A DNA stretch of 64,000 nt from Felis catus (Eukaryota). The stretch lies in contig NC_058368.1 in the NCBI RefSeq assembly GCF_018350175.1, positions 98,582,001 to 98,646,000 of the forward strand, given 5' to 3'. Position numbers and translations under genes: made by a program. Numbering within the stretch: position 1 is the stretch's first letter; each line of letters begins with the position of its first letter. Positions 53,006 to 64,000 of the stretch are shown in pieces. The notes below the pieces were generated by a model. It saw only the letters and a program-made list of their open reading frames with translations. It ran no database searches and was not told where the DNA came from.

Positions 53006-54920
53006 TCAAGAAAACTGATAACTGCTTGTAACTAAAAAAACAACCACTAGATGATCTCCTATAATTATCCAATCCTTCTTGCTGCAAATCCCAGAAAATA
53101 TAGATAAAGAGACAGAAAGAATAAAATGCTGGGTACACGACCACTTCTGTGAATAAGGCTTTCCTTTTTTGTGTGTGTATCTAAGTGATGAGGTTTGAGT
53201 TATGTACCCATTTGCAGCTAGTGCTAGTACATAAACAAATTTATGGACAGATTGATGGTAAATTTTACTATGTGTCACTTTGCGGTGTGGTCCCCATAAT
53301 TTGGCTTTAAAACTTCATATATGAACCTCTGAGAGAGTCCAGGGTAAGCCAAAGGAATAAATTATGTTTTTTCCGTAAGTGTAAAAAAAAAAAAAAAAAG
53401 TAAATAGACTTTATGTGTCCTTTTCATTCTGCTTCCTTCTCTTCAATATTTTTAACTCTCTTTGTAAGGATTTCTTCTTTAGGCATATTTTACCCATACC
53501 TGTTTAATAACTGGAAGATCGTGGTAGCCACCCCTGGTGGGTCCTACCAGCTTTCTAGTTTGGATTTGGAAGTCCCCTTTCACTTGACTCTGTATTATAT
53601 TCAAATACAGATCTAGACGGGTGACAGCCATTATTTAAGAATAAATTGTGCAATGGATATGGATGGTATGTTTTAGAGCGATAATTATGATTTGATTTTG
53701 AGCCAGAATAGTTTAGTTCATTAATACTAATGGATATCTTAGGACAACAGATTTATTTTTTTTTATCTTTAGTGAAGGAGATTCAGAGTAGCATGGATAT
53801 ATTCTTAAGTTGTAAGAGTATTCTTTTGTCCGTGGAAAGGAAAACATCCCTTCTTTTCCTCCTCTCCAATGTTCTTGACACTTTGAGTTTTGTGGGCTTC
53901 TGTATCTACCTGCCTACAACTGAGAGTCAACAATTCAAAGCTAGAGAAAAAGCATTTTTCCTTTTTTTTTCTTATGCTCTCCTGCCATTTCTGACCATTT
54001 ATCTTTATTCACATATAAAATAAAGCTATCATTAAAGATCAGAAATTTCCAGTAGGAGAGTTTGTAAACCTGATAAAATTATTTTTACTGTTACATCTTT
54101 ATAAAATAAAGGACCTGCAGAGATAAAGGAACTTAGAAAAAAAAATCTCTTCCCCCTACCTCAGAGACGTTGAGCATATTGCTTATTGAACACTTCTAAT
54201 TATTTCTTCCTTTTTCTCCTCTCCAATTTTCTTACTGCACACTGGTTCTTTTATTCTTTCCTTATTTTAATTGTCTCCCAGCAGCTCCTGCTGAGACATC
54301 CTATCTAAATTTCTATTTTTTTCTTCCGGTGCGTCTTTTTTCCATATTCATATATGACTTCCAATGATTTTTGTCAAGGGAAGGTGTTCAGAATTAAGAC
54401 AGTGATTGATTACGGAGGGCTTAAGGAAGTCAGAAGGGGAGAAGTGCCAAGATTTTTTTCATCTAAAGAGGCTTGTTGGGACAACCTAGGGTGTGAGAAG
54501 CAAAAAACAAGGGCCCTGCTAAGGCATGGCCAAAATGGGAAGCCTATTAAAATAATGATTTGGAGTAGTGTGCACTGAAGACAATAAAGTAAAACCATCC
54601 TGCGAGGTCAGTAGCTAATAGCCCATGGGTTTGTTACTAAGGAAATTAAAACTTTAGCTAATGAGAATGGGAGCCACCTACTGAGAATGAGACTGAAGGC
54701 TTCCTATTAGCTCTCCTCCCTGGATCTTTTTGGCAGAACAGTCAGAAAGTTATTTCCTATTTAGTAGCGAAAGGCTTGAAATGGAGATTAAAAAAAAAAA
54801 AAAATGATGGGGGGGGAAAAAAAAGTTGCAGGCAAACTCTTCTTATTCAGCTCTTTCAAGAGGAGATCCAGACAGCGTATCTACCCAAACATACATCAGC
54901 ATAGGTCATGAAAACAGAAT

Positions 54921-54923
<3 letters not shown>

Positions 54924-54960
<37 letters not shown>
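54924..54960. repeat. (GA)18 microsatellite
   Basis: Read directly from the sequence. Confidence 0.97.
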
Positions 54961-54963
<3 letters not shown>

Positions 54964-55139
54964 CTGTCCCAGATAAGTACAGCCAAGATGACTCAGTCTC
55001 CCTGAGGGATTTTTGGTGTGGGGACGTGAAATTAATACATCCGCTATTAGTTTTGTGGAATCAGCAGGACTAGGCAACCTCGTTCAAGAACTGTGGCTGC
55101 ATTTCATTATTCCACGGGTGAGGGGTCTTTGTGCACATT

Positions 55140-55176
<37 letters not shown>
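55140..55176. repeat. (CT)n microsatellite, ~18 units with one interruption
   Basis: Read directly from the sequence. Confidence 0.97.
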
Positions 55177-55417
55177 TTTCCTGCAGAAGTAGGAACACCT
55201 CTGTGTAACTCCTAGATCAACTAGGAGAATGATTGGAGGCCTTCTGAACATACTTGGGTCCTCGATAAACACTTAGGGTCGCTTTACTGCCCCTAAACGC
55301 AACTCCTGGCCCTACGGGGGGAGGGGGGACTCTTTCCATTTTGTCCTAAAGTGTGGTGGGGAACCAGGGCTCTGCTAGCGGGGGAGAAGGAAGGAAGCCG
55401 GCTAGGTGTGAGAAGAA

Positions 55418-55439
55418 CCCCCCCCCCCCCCCCCCCCCC
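55418..55439. repeat. C22 homopolymer
   Basis: Read directly from the sequence. Confidence 0.95.
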
Positions 55440-55725
55440 AGTCTGCTGCGGAGACCAGGGCATTTCAGGATGACAGCCAGGGCCGGGCAGGGCGCGGACT
55501 TGTGTCCCTGCTCGCGGACGCCCGCGTGCCGGGCGAGAGCTCCCGGAGCGCCGGGCCGCGGGGACTGCAGCTGACGGCCCGGGGCGCGGCGGCCGGGCGG
55601 CCGTCTCCGCGGGCGGGGAGCGAGCGCGTGTGTGCGCGAGAGCGGCGGGCGGCGGCGGGAGGAGGCGCAGGCGCGCTGCTCGCCCGTCTGCAGCCCCGCG
55701 CCCAGCGCCGCGTCTCGGGGAGTTG

Positions 55726-55884
55726 ATGGCAGCACCACGGTGCGGCCGCCCTGCCGAGCGCCGAGCGCAGCCACCCGCCGCTGCCCGGGGAGCGTCCAAG
55801 ATGCGGGGGGCTCGTGGCGGCAGCGGCCGCAGCAGCGCCAGGGACGGGGGCGCGCAGCAGCCTCCGCTCGCCAGCCTGTGCTGA
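55726..55884 (+). other. Candidate upstream ORF (52 aa; second in-frame ATG at 55801 gives 27 aa) in the presumed PRR16 5' leader
   Basis: ATG at 55726 (TTGATGG) and ATG at 55801 (AAGATGC) share a frame that ends at TGA 55882-55884, out of frame with and 23 nt before the main ATG. The TSS is not known. Confidence 0.55.
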
Positions 55885-55907
55885 CCTGCCTCGCCTGCCC
55901 CCAGAGA

Positions 55908-56066
55908 ATGTCAGCCAAGTCCAAGGGGACCCCCTCCTCGTCCTGTCCAGCCGAGGGACCGCCGGCAGCCTCCAAAACCAAGGTGAAAGAACAGATCAAG
56001 ATCATCGTGGAGGATCTGGAATTAGTACTGGGCGACCTGAAGGACGTGGCCAAGGAACTTAAGGAG
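55908..56066 (+). CDS. PRR16: PRR16 (proline-rich protein 16 / Largen), first coding exon, 53 codons, phase-0 end
   Basis: ATG at 55908 (AGAATGT) translates to MSAKSKGTPSSSCPAEGPPAASKTKVKEQIKIIVEDLELVLGDLKDVAKELKE, which I recognise as the PRR16 N-terminus. It ends at a canonical donor GAG|GTGAGA (GT at 56067) and lies in a CpG island. Confidence 0.96.
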
Positions 56067-56234
56067 GTGAGAGGCGCGGGGGTGGGGAAGGAGTTCGTCA
56101 CCTTTCGCCCCCTCGGGGTTCCGGTCCGGTTCTCAGTGGGGACCGCCAGATTTCTTAACTCCTAGCAAACTATAGAAGGACGCCTGCAGACGGACTTTCC
56201 TTGCTCCGGCGACTCCTGAAAAGAGTTGCTGCAC

Positions 56235-56271
<37 letters not shown>

Positions 56272-59200
56272 TCCTTTTTAATCAGGAAGAAATCAACTAG
56301 TGTTTTAATCGATGGACCTGGGATCGTGGGAAGGGCGAACGCGTGCGTGTCTCTGTATCTGTGCGTGTATTGTCGGGGAAGGGGGGCTCACTGGGGGTGT
56401 GTCGACAGAGGAAGAAATGAGCAGCCCGGCCGGAGCGTGCAAAATGCTCCTGTCCTGCCCTCTTGCTCCCCCAGAGTCCTTTGGCAAGTCGCTCCTTGCC
56501 TGGCAGCCTCCCCAAGCCGGGGCTGGAGGGGGGCCGGGTTCCGGGCCCTGGGCCAGGCTGGGGAGGGCAGCCTGGGGGAAGCTCGGCTCTGGCTCCCCTC
56601 CCCGCCTCCCGAGCTGCGCTGGGTGGAAGGCGACCGGGGCTGCAGGCAGGGCAGCCCAGACTTGGGGATGGAGACGGGGGTCTGGGACTTTCTCACTTTC
56701 GCAGTTCCTGAAGCATCCCCTGCCCTCCTAACGTCGCTCCCCGTAACTCCGGGCCTTCCCGCCACCCCACCTCCTGCGTTGCTCCCATCTTGTAGCCGCT
56801 TGGCTTTGAACCGGGGGAGCGGGGCGCGTGGGTGAGCGTGTGCGCGTGTGTGGTGTGTGTGCACCGGGGTCCTGCCACTTGGCGTCCTGGCTCTTGCCAA
56901 CTGGACTGTTTGGGTTCTTTCCCGCTGCCCCTTCACCCTCACCCTCTGTTCCACTTCTGGCCTCCCACCCCTATCCCCTGTGATCAGGATTGAAAGCAGC
57001 CGGGGAGGTGTCGCGGCTGAGGCTGCGTAACTCCGGCGGCTGCTCCAGGCGAGGGGGGTGGGGGGAGGGGTGGGGTCGCCCGCGAGCCCGGCCGGGCGGC
57101 AGCTGGTGGCTTCGCGGAGCTGGTGGCCGAGTCCCAGCCCGCTGTTCATCTCCCTAAGGACGGCTGGTGCGGTTCTCGGTCCGGGCGTCGGCACCCGCAG
57201 TTGTGCGAGAGCTCAGACTGTAACTTCTAAGGTGGTGGCCGCGGCGGGAAGGGAAGGAGTGGGGCAGACGCGAGGTCCAAAATTGTATTCCTGTTCATGA
57301 GGCCAAGTGGGAGGAGACTGAGGGTTGTTTGGATGTCTGGCCTCCAGAGATTAACCTCCTGCATCCAATTTCCAATCCAAACGTGAGGAAAGAGACCCTC
57401 CCCTCTCCCCCACAGCCCAACTCCCTTTCTCCCCCGATTTCCCATTACCTCTAGGAACTGAACTCCGCGCGTTACCGAATGAGAATCTGTTAAAATGGCC
57501 CATTCATTGGCAGGGTTCGGTTTGCCGGTGGCACATGCCATTTCTGTAGGTTGTTCCATAGAGCATAATTGCCACTGAGGTCCTGAGAGTGGAGATTGAT
57601 ACAGATGATCGGTGCAAGGATCTAACTTGTTCGTGTTTGCAGGGCTTTTCTGGGATCATTGCTTCACAACTGGTTGACAGATGGCGAGGTTATGCATTGA
57701 CATTCAAGTCTAAAGATGCTGTTCGTTTCTTTGTTATTCTTTTATTTGACGTCTTTGGCAGGCTGTGTTTTCATCTGAAACATTATGGCGTTTTAAAAAA
57801 TGAACAAATTTGGGCATGTTCCTTTTGGCAAAATTTTGTAGTAGTTGAGGTTTCTACGGTGGGAAGTGTGGGAAACCTTTATCAGCAAAGTCATGTGTTT
57901 ACTGTCAAGGCAGGAGGCTGGAATTAAGAAAAAAGGCAGTCAAAAGTCTGCATTTATGGGCACATGCTTCCTTGTTACGATGTGTCACTCCACTGTCTAT
58001 TTTAGACAGAATAAATAAAGAGGAACTGCACATGGGCCTGGTTCTGCTTTGCCTCATTATTCTATAGGCTTTTGGAGACCAGATAGATCTACATTGAAAC
58101 TTTTAACCTCCCTAAGACTCTTGATTAGAATCCCAAAGAAGGAAATCAGAAAATTTGTGGGTCTCTCTTTCCCTCTTTCTGTGTCTTCATTTATTTGAGG
58201 CTTTATAAGGGAAAAAAAACAAAAACAGGTCGTTTATTAAGAGTATGGGAAAACGTAAATAATGTACAACCAAGTAAATGAAAGGATCTATCTTCCAGAC
58301 AGATCCAGAAATAAAATTTTGACTTAATGCTTTAGAATCTTTGATTGGCTGCCAGGGCCTTTTGTGTAAAAATCTTACCCTGAGAGTGAAATTTATGAAT
58401 GATAAATGATGTCGTGGGATTGTTAATTACTTCTGTGAGGCTATCATCATCGTAGGTTTACGCACGGAGTTGTATATGCTAAGGCCGAATCTCAGAGCAT
58501 TGGTCATTTATGTAATGTGAATGATAGTTATTTTGAGAACAAATATTTATAGGGCATGTTTAACCTATGACATCTTGCAGTTGTCCAGCATTTATCTTTT
58601 GAAGATAATACTGCACATGTGATTGAACATATCTTTGATGTAGTTTTGTATGGAGGAGTAACTTAAAACTGTAAAATTGCAAACCTTGTTGGTCTCTAGA
58701 TCTGTGACTTGTAAACATGAATTTCACTGTTCATCATTGGTTAGATTCAGTATTCTGGCAGTTTATTATTGGTATATATTGAACATAAACTGTTATATTT
58801 AGAATCTAATTCTTTTATTGTCAATGGTATGCCTTTAGGCCATACTCTATCTTGATGTAAATTAGCCATGAGTTCTTATTAACTCGGAACAGAAATTAGA
58901 AATTAAAAAAGTGATTATGACTAGATCACTTTATCAGTCACCATATGGTATTTGTTTTTCTTTTCTGCTTTTTCTATTCTAAAAGGCAATATTCTTTTTT
59001 GAATATTCCATTTTTATTCTTACATAAACTCTGCACCAACAATACTGGACCTGTGTTGGAGGTTATTTTGAAATTGCTTTTCTTTTCAGAAGTTTTCTGG
59101 ACTTGAGTCATTTGAAAATTCAGGTATTGGAGTAGGTTCGAACATAGTAGTGACTGCTTGAAACACGTTACTAATTAGGACAAAACTATGATGAGTGTCT

Positions 59201-60862
59201 TCTATGATTAGTTATTTACTGATCATTGCTTCATCATTTATAATTGGATTATATCTTGGAAGAAAAGGAACAGGATTTCTGGAAACTCTAAGGGCAGTTT
59301 TATTCTACCCTCGGTATTCAGTAAAATCTTAAATGATTTTCAGAAATAATGAGGATCTTTTGATCTTCTATAGTATAATGGAAAAGCCTTATGCATAATT
59401 CAGTGTATTTACTGAGTACCTACTATGTGCCAAGTACTGTATTATCTTTTCATGGCTACCAAGAAGAAGAATTTATAGTTTCTGGTCTCAGTGACCTCAA
59501 AACATCAGTTTGGGATGCATTTTAACTGTCTTTGAACATCACTAGTGTAAAAAGGCATTATTACTGCTTTTACTGGCCACTCTCACTCTGATCTAATGGG
59601 CTTGAGAATAAAAAGCAGAATTGAGAATAAGAATTAGTGTGTGTAGATTTATACAATGATATTTGCTGTGTACTTAGTAATGTAGCAAGACTTTGGTGAA
59701 GAATGTCAAGGCTTAAAAAGGATGATAAGACAGAATTTTAAGGACCTTACAATTTATTCAGATTGTCATGATTGACACAAATGGATCAATGCCACATACA
59801 GGAGATCACCTATCCAAGTCTTGAAACTGGATGTATTGAGTTTTTCATGAGGGATTAATCCTTTGGGTGGATGAAGAGTCAAAACAGAAGATTTTAGATC
59901 TTTGAGATGTGGTTACAATTTGAATAAGTAGAGAGGAGAAGAAATTAACAGGAAATAGCATTAGGATACAATATTAATCCATGATGCTTTTTTCTACACA
60001 TTGGAAAAAAGAAAATAGTGGTGAAACTGGAGTTTTAGGGATAAAATTAGCCATCATTGGTTTATTAGGTGTGGGCATATACTTTTTTTAAATTAAGAAA
60101 AATAGAAAAAACTACTTTTTAAAAATAGTTGTCAAATAATCTGACATCTTTGGGTATCGCTTTGCCTATTATTTTATGAAGATCTCACTGGTAAATTGTT
60201 TTGCATCAAATACTGTTGTTAATATGGTATCACAGATCTTGTTAGAAAGATACTGAAATACGTAGTAAAGAACCTTTTGATTTGGAAACAAAATTCGTTG
60301 CCGCTTTAGCTATATTCTCATTTAGATTAGACTCATTATAATTTTGCACTTTTTTTGCCATGTTTCACTTTATAATGTGAAGTAATAAGGCTGCTAATAG
60401 GTTGAATATATGCATATGTTACATATTTGTTTAATGAGTATAATTTATTAAATTTAAATATTTGATAAATATGATTATATATGTGTATTTAGATACACAC
60501 ATTATATATATATACATATATACATATGTATACATATATAATTTATCTATTTATCTATTTATTTATTGCTAAGCCTTTTAAGTAGATATGTCTCTCATAG
60601 AGAAACCAGTTAAGATGAGTTATTCTTTCTGCACCCTGGAATCACTTAGTGACTGGACTACTTAGGTGGGAAGCTATGTCAGTAGTGTGACTGTGGACTG
60701 GAAAGCACTCATGATTTTTCTTATGAGGTCATAAAGAGAAATAAATTAAACTTAAGTTTAATTTTGAAAAGTTTGGAACCCCACTGGAAACGGTCCATTT
60801 GGACACTGAGGGAAACAGAATTGACAGAATTAACAATTACCTGCAAAATATTTTTGTTCTTT

Positions 60863-61076
60863 GGGGTACCTGGGTGGCTCAGTCGGTTAAGCACCCGACT
60901 TCAGTTCAGGTCATGATCTCCTGGTCTGTGGGTTTGAGCCCAGCGTCGGGCTCTGTGCTGACAGCTAGGAGCCTGGAGCCTACTTCAGATTCTGTCTCCC
61001 TCTCTCTTTCCTCTCCATCCCTGTTCGTGCTCTGTCTCTCTGTGTCTCTCAAAAATAAACACTAAAAAAAAATTTT
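60863..61076 (+). mobile_element. Can-SINE in PRR16 intron 1
   Basis: Degenerate TSD AAATATTTT.GTT.TT. Confidence 0.94.
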
Positions 61077-61924
61077 AAATATTTTGGTTTTTAAATGTTT
61101 TCCTCTTTTCAGATGGCTTATTCACATCAAGTTCTGTAGTTTATTGCTCTAGGAAATCCTACCAAATATTTTTTGGTTAATAAGTCCATGCATGTAAAAT
61201 TCATTACTAGAATAAATTATAGAGAATGATCTCTGGAATATTTTCCAAGTTCTAAAGTTGTGAATGAATGAAATTTCATAGTTCAATCAATTGTACCAAT
61301 AACTATACTTTTACGACACTATGCAACAGTCCGACTCCTTAAACTCAAGTATATTTACAAAATGCTAAAATGGTTTTTTATTTTTCTTGTCTTAAGCATG
61401 ACGGCTTAGCATGTTACTGGAAGAACGAATGGTTCTGAGAAAATAAAGATAACCAATAACCATGTTTCACTGTCTCTATTTTCTATGCATTAAAGCCATT
61501 CAACACTCAAGGAATTAGCTGATAAGAAACTCAAGCAACCTTAAACCAATAAATAGATAATGTGCTTCAGGCAATAGTGAACTAAATAGATAATAAAACC
61601 AATGCAATAGGTTTCATGTTTACCTGGATTATGTTTTTTCTACCTTTGCTGTTTTGAGGATCTCAGGTATTTAAATCAAAATGTAGCAAAAGAGATAGAA
61701 TTGCAAGTTTGAGTAAAACATATTTTATCAAACAAATTAAACTACAGATCCTTCCATGGAACTAGTTCATGAAAAATTTCATGGGCAATTTTTGGGAATT
61801 AGAGGGCTCGAATTCTAATAGGCGCTAATTCAGTGCTGTTTGAAATGTGTGTAACCTACCTCATGCCGAAAACAGATTAGTAAACAACAAACAGTACTTT
61901 TTTTCTTTTAAAAAAGCTTAAAAT

Positions 61925-62293
61925 TTATTTATGTATTTTATTAAGACTTTGTGGGTTTTTTTTAATCCAACTTAGGCTCACAGCAAAGTTGAGGTGAAGG
62001 CACAGATTTCTGGATACCTCCTGCTGCCACACAATGCATTGTGTCCCCCATTATCAACATCCCCCACTGGAGTGGTGAATTTCTTAACAACTGATGAAGC
62101 TCTACTGACACATCATCATCACCCAAAGTCCACAGTTCATAACATGGCTCCTTCTTGGTGGTGTGCAACTTTGGGTTTGGAAAAATGCATAATGACGCGT
62201 ATCCATCTTATGGTATCATACAGAGTATTTTTATGGCCCTAAAAATGTTCCGTGCTCTACTTATGCATCCCTCCCCTAAACCCAACGCCATGG
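61925..62293 (-). mobile_element. L1MC-like 3' end, antisense
   Basis: TCCCCCATTATCAACATCCCCCAC...ACTGACACATCATCATCACCCAAAGTCCACAGTT. Confidence 0.82.
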
Positions 62294-62734
62294 GTACTTT
62301 GTTTTAAAGAACTAATTTCATTTGTTTTTCTCATTTCAGAAGCAATAGAGTATATGAATATCATAGAAAGTTTGGAAAAAACTAAAAATTACACAGAAAA
62401 TTAAAATTATCTTTAATGTCAAATAGAAATAGATATGTTAAACATTTTGCTATATTTCCTTTCAGTCGTTTTGTATGCATATTTTTAACATAGATGAAGT
62501 CATAAAATTATGAAATTTTATGCAGTGATATTTTTTGCTTTCTTAAGGAGTATTAGATCATAATGATTATATAGATCTGCTGTAAGTTACTGTATAAATC
62601 CTTTAATGTTGGACATTCTATCAATTTATGAATTTTTGTGATTGTTAAATATCACTAAAAATTTTTAAACTGCTTTGGCAATGAAAACTGCTAAGAGCTA
62701 GATTTTTACTCTCCGCCTTAGTACTCTTTAAGTA

Positions 62735-62920
62735 TATTTAGTTATATTAAATCTTCTAATACTCAAAACAGGCATATGAGAAAGGTACTACCGTTATGCC
62801 ATTTTACAGATAAGAAAACAGAGGCCAGAGATAAGTCACTTGCCCAAGGTCACTTGGGAGACTTCACTGCCAGGCATTTTAGTGCTAGAGCCCCGACATT
62901 TAACCACTAAGCTCTATGAC
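62735..62920 (-). mobile_element. MIR SINE
   Basis: CCATTTTACAGATAAGAAAACAGAGGC...ACTTGCCCAAGGTCAC core. Confidence 0.8.
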
Positions 62921-63075
62921 TTTTCCTAATTTGTTGTTGTTGTTGTTGTTGTTTACATTTTCTTAGAAGTCAAGAGTGTAAAAGTGTTTGAGCTTTTGAT
63001 CCATATTAACAGTTTTCCGGGGAATTTTTACAAATTTTTACTCCCAGCAGCACTATATATAGACATTGTTTCTTT

Positions 63076-63490
63076 TCTTCTTTCTTTAGGTAAAATTAAC
63101 ATACAACGTTATATTAGTGCCAGATATACAATGTAATGATTCAACAGTTCTGTAAGTTTCTCAGTGCTCATCAAGATAAATTTACTCTTAATCCCCTTCA
63201 TCTATCTCACCTATCCCCTCACCCTTCTCCCCTCTGGCAACCACTGTGTATTTAAAGAGTGTGTTCTTTTGTTTGTCTTATTTGCTTTCTTTGTTTTTTG
63301 TTCTGTTTCTTAAATTCCACCTATGTGCAAAATCATATGGTATTTGTCTTTCTCTGACTTTTCACTTAGCATCATGAACCTCCAGGTCCGTCCATGTTGC
63401 AAATCACAAGATTTCATTCTTTTTATGGCTGAATAGTATTCCACAGCATATATATCCCACATCTTCTTTATCCACTCATCTATCGGACAC
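63076..63490 (-). mobile_element. Carnivore L1 3' UTR fragment
   Basis: ATCATATGGTATTTGTCTTTCTCTGACTT...TTTCATTCTTTTTATGGCTGAATAGTATTCCA. Confidence 0.88.
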
Positions 63491-64000
63491 TGCTTTTTTA
63501 AATTTTATGTGAAGCTAATAAATCTTTTTATTTTTGTTTTGTAGTTAATTATTAATTTGTGGTAACAGTCATTGGTTTTGTCACTTGGCACTCAATTTTG
63601 GGCACCAGTCTCAAGTCAGAATTAACAGTGAGTTGATTAGACCTTGAAATTTGCATCATCCAAATAAATATGTGCTGCAGAATTAATCTTGGCCTATTTA
63701 GTATTAAAAAATGTTAATAAAATACTACTTAGTTTTTTTTTTATATTATGACAGCAAATAAAGGAGCAACTAATACGGGAGCTTACTGATATATAGTATT
63801 GTGTGCTGCTGTTTCAAATTAATTGGAAAACTTTTATTTTCTTTTGATGCTATCAAACGGTCTCAGAAGGGATGCAGTATCCTTAAGTTTTCTGAGATGT
63901 TTGGAGTTTCATAGCATTCTGCTATGACTGATGAAGAGAAAAGCTTGTTTAACTCTCTACCAGACACAAACTTATTGACCCGACTAAAAGGCCACGTATA

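Larger units (their letters stand above)
55400..57300. promoter_or_regulatory. PRR16: CpG island containing the PRR16 promoter, 5' UTR, exon 1 and start of intron 1
   Basis: Abrupt switch from AT-rich, CpG-poor DNA to very GC- and CpG-rich sequence with GC-box-like elements and no obvious TATA box. Boundaries approximate. Confidence 0.92.
56067..64000 (+). other. PRR16: PRR16 intron 1 (continues beyond the window)
   Basis: Starts at the GTGAGA donor; the expected continuation of the protein (VVDQIDTL...) is not visible in the window. Confidence 0.85.

Noticed and set aside
56067..56165. Extension of the PRR16 ORF past KELKE (VRGAGVGKEF...)
   Set aside because: Read-through past a canonical splice donor into the intron.
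55293..57559. Long overlapping ORFs on both strands (for example 251 aa and 268 aa on the minus strand)
   Set aside because: Expected from stop-codon scarcity in a CpG island; low-complexity Pro/Arg/Gly/Ala content and no recognisable domain.
1..64000. CRISPR arrays, operons or other prokaryote-style systems
   Set aside because: The sequence is mammalian; the dispersed ~200-bp repeats are SINEs with TSDs, not repeat-spacer arrays.

Overview
Mammalian genomic DNA, almost certainly from a felid: it carries about 32 carnivore tRNA-derived Can-SINEs, several of the young cat-type SINEC_Fc form. Positions 1-55,400 are AT-rich intergenic sequence made largely of SINEs, L1 fragments of several ages, MaLR/ERVL LTR relics, hAT DNA-transposon fossils, L2/MIR pieces and microsatellites. 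A CpG island (~55.4-57.3 kb) holds the promoter region and first coding exon (55908-56066, 53 codons) of PRR16 (Largen); the rest of the window is its first intron. Almost every other ORF in the supplied track is repeat-derived noise. I found no convincing new multi-gene system. The best leads are: a 52-codon, two-ATG uORF ending 23 nt before the PRR16 start; a strong-looking splice acceptor 219 nt into intron 1 that would add EEIN-stop; non-B-DNA tracts and a CTCF-like motif upstream of the promoter; two L1 insertions with twin-priming inversions, one only ~18 bp long; and a nested two-LTR MLT1A-like provirus. All repeat family names come from remembered consensus sequences and need RepeatMasker/Dfam confirmation.
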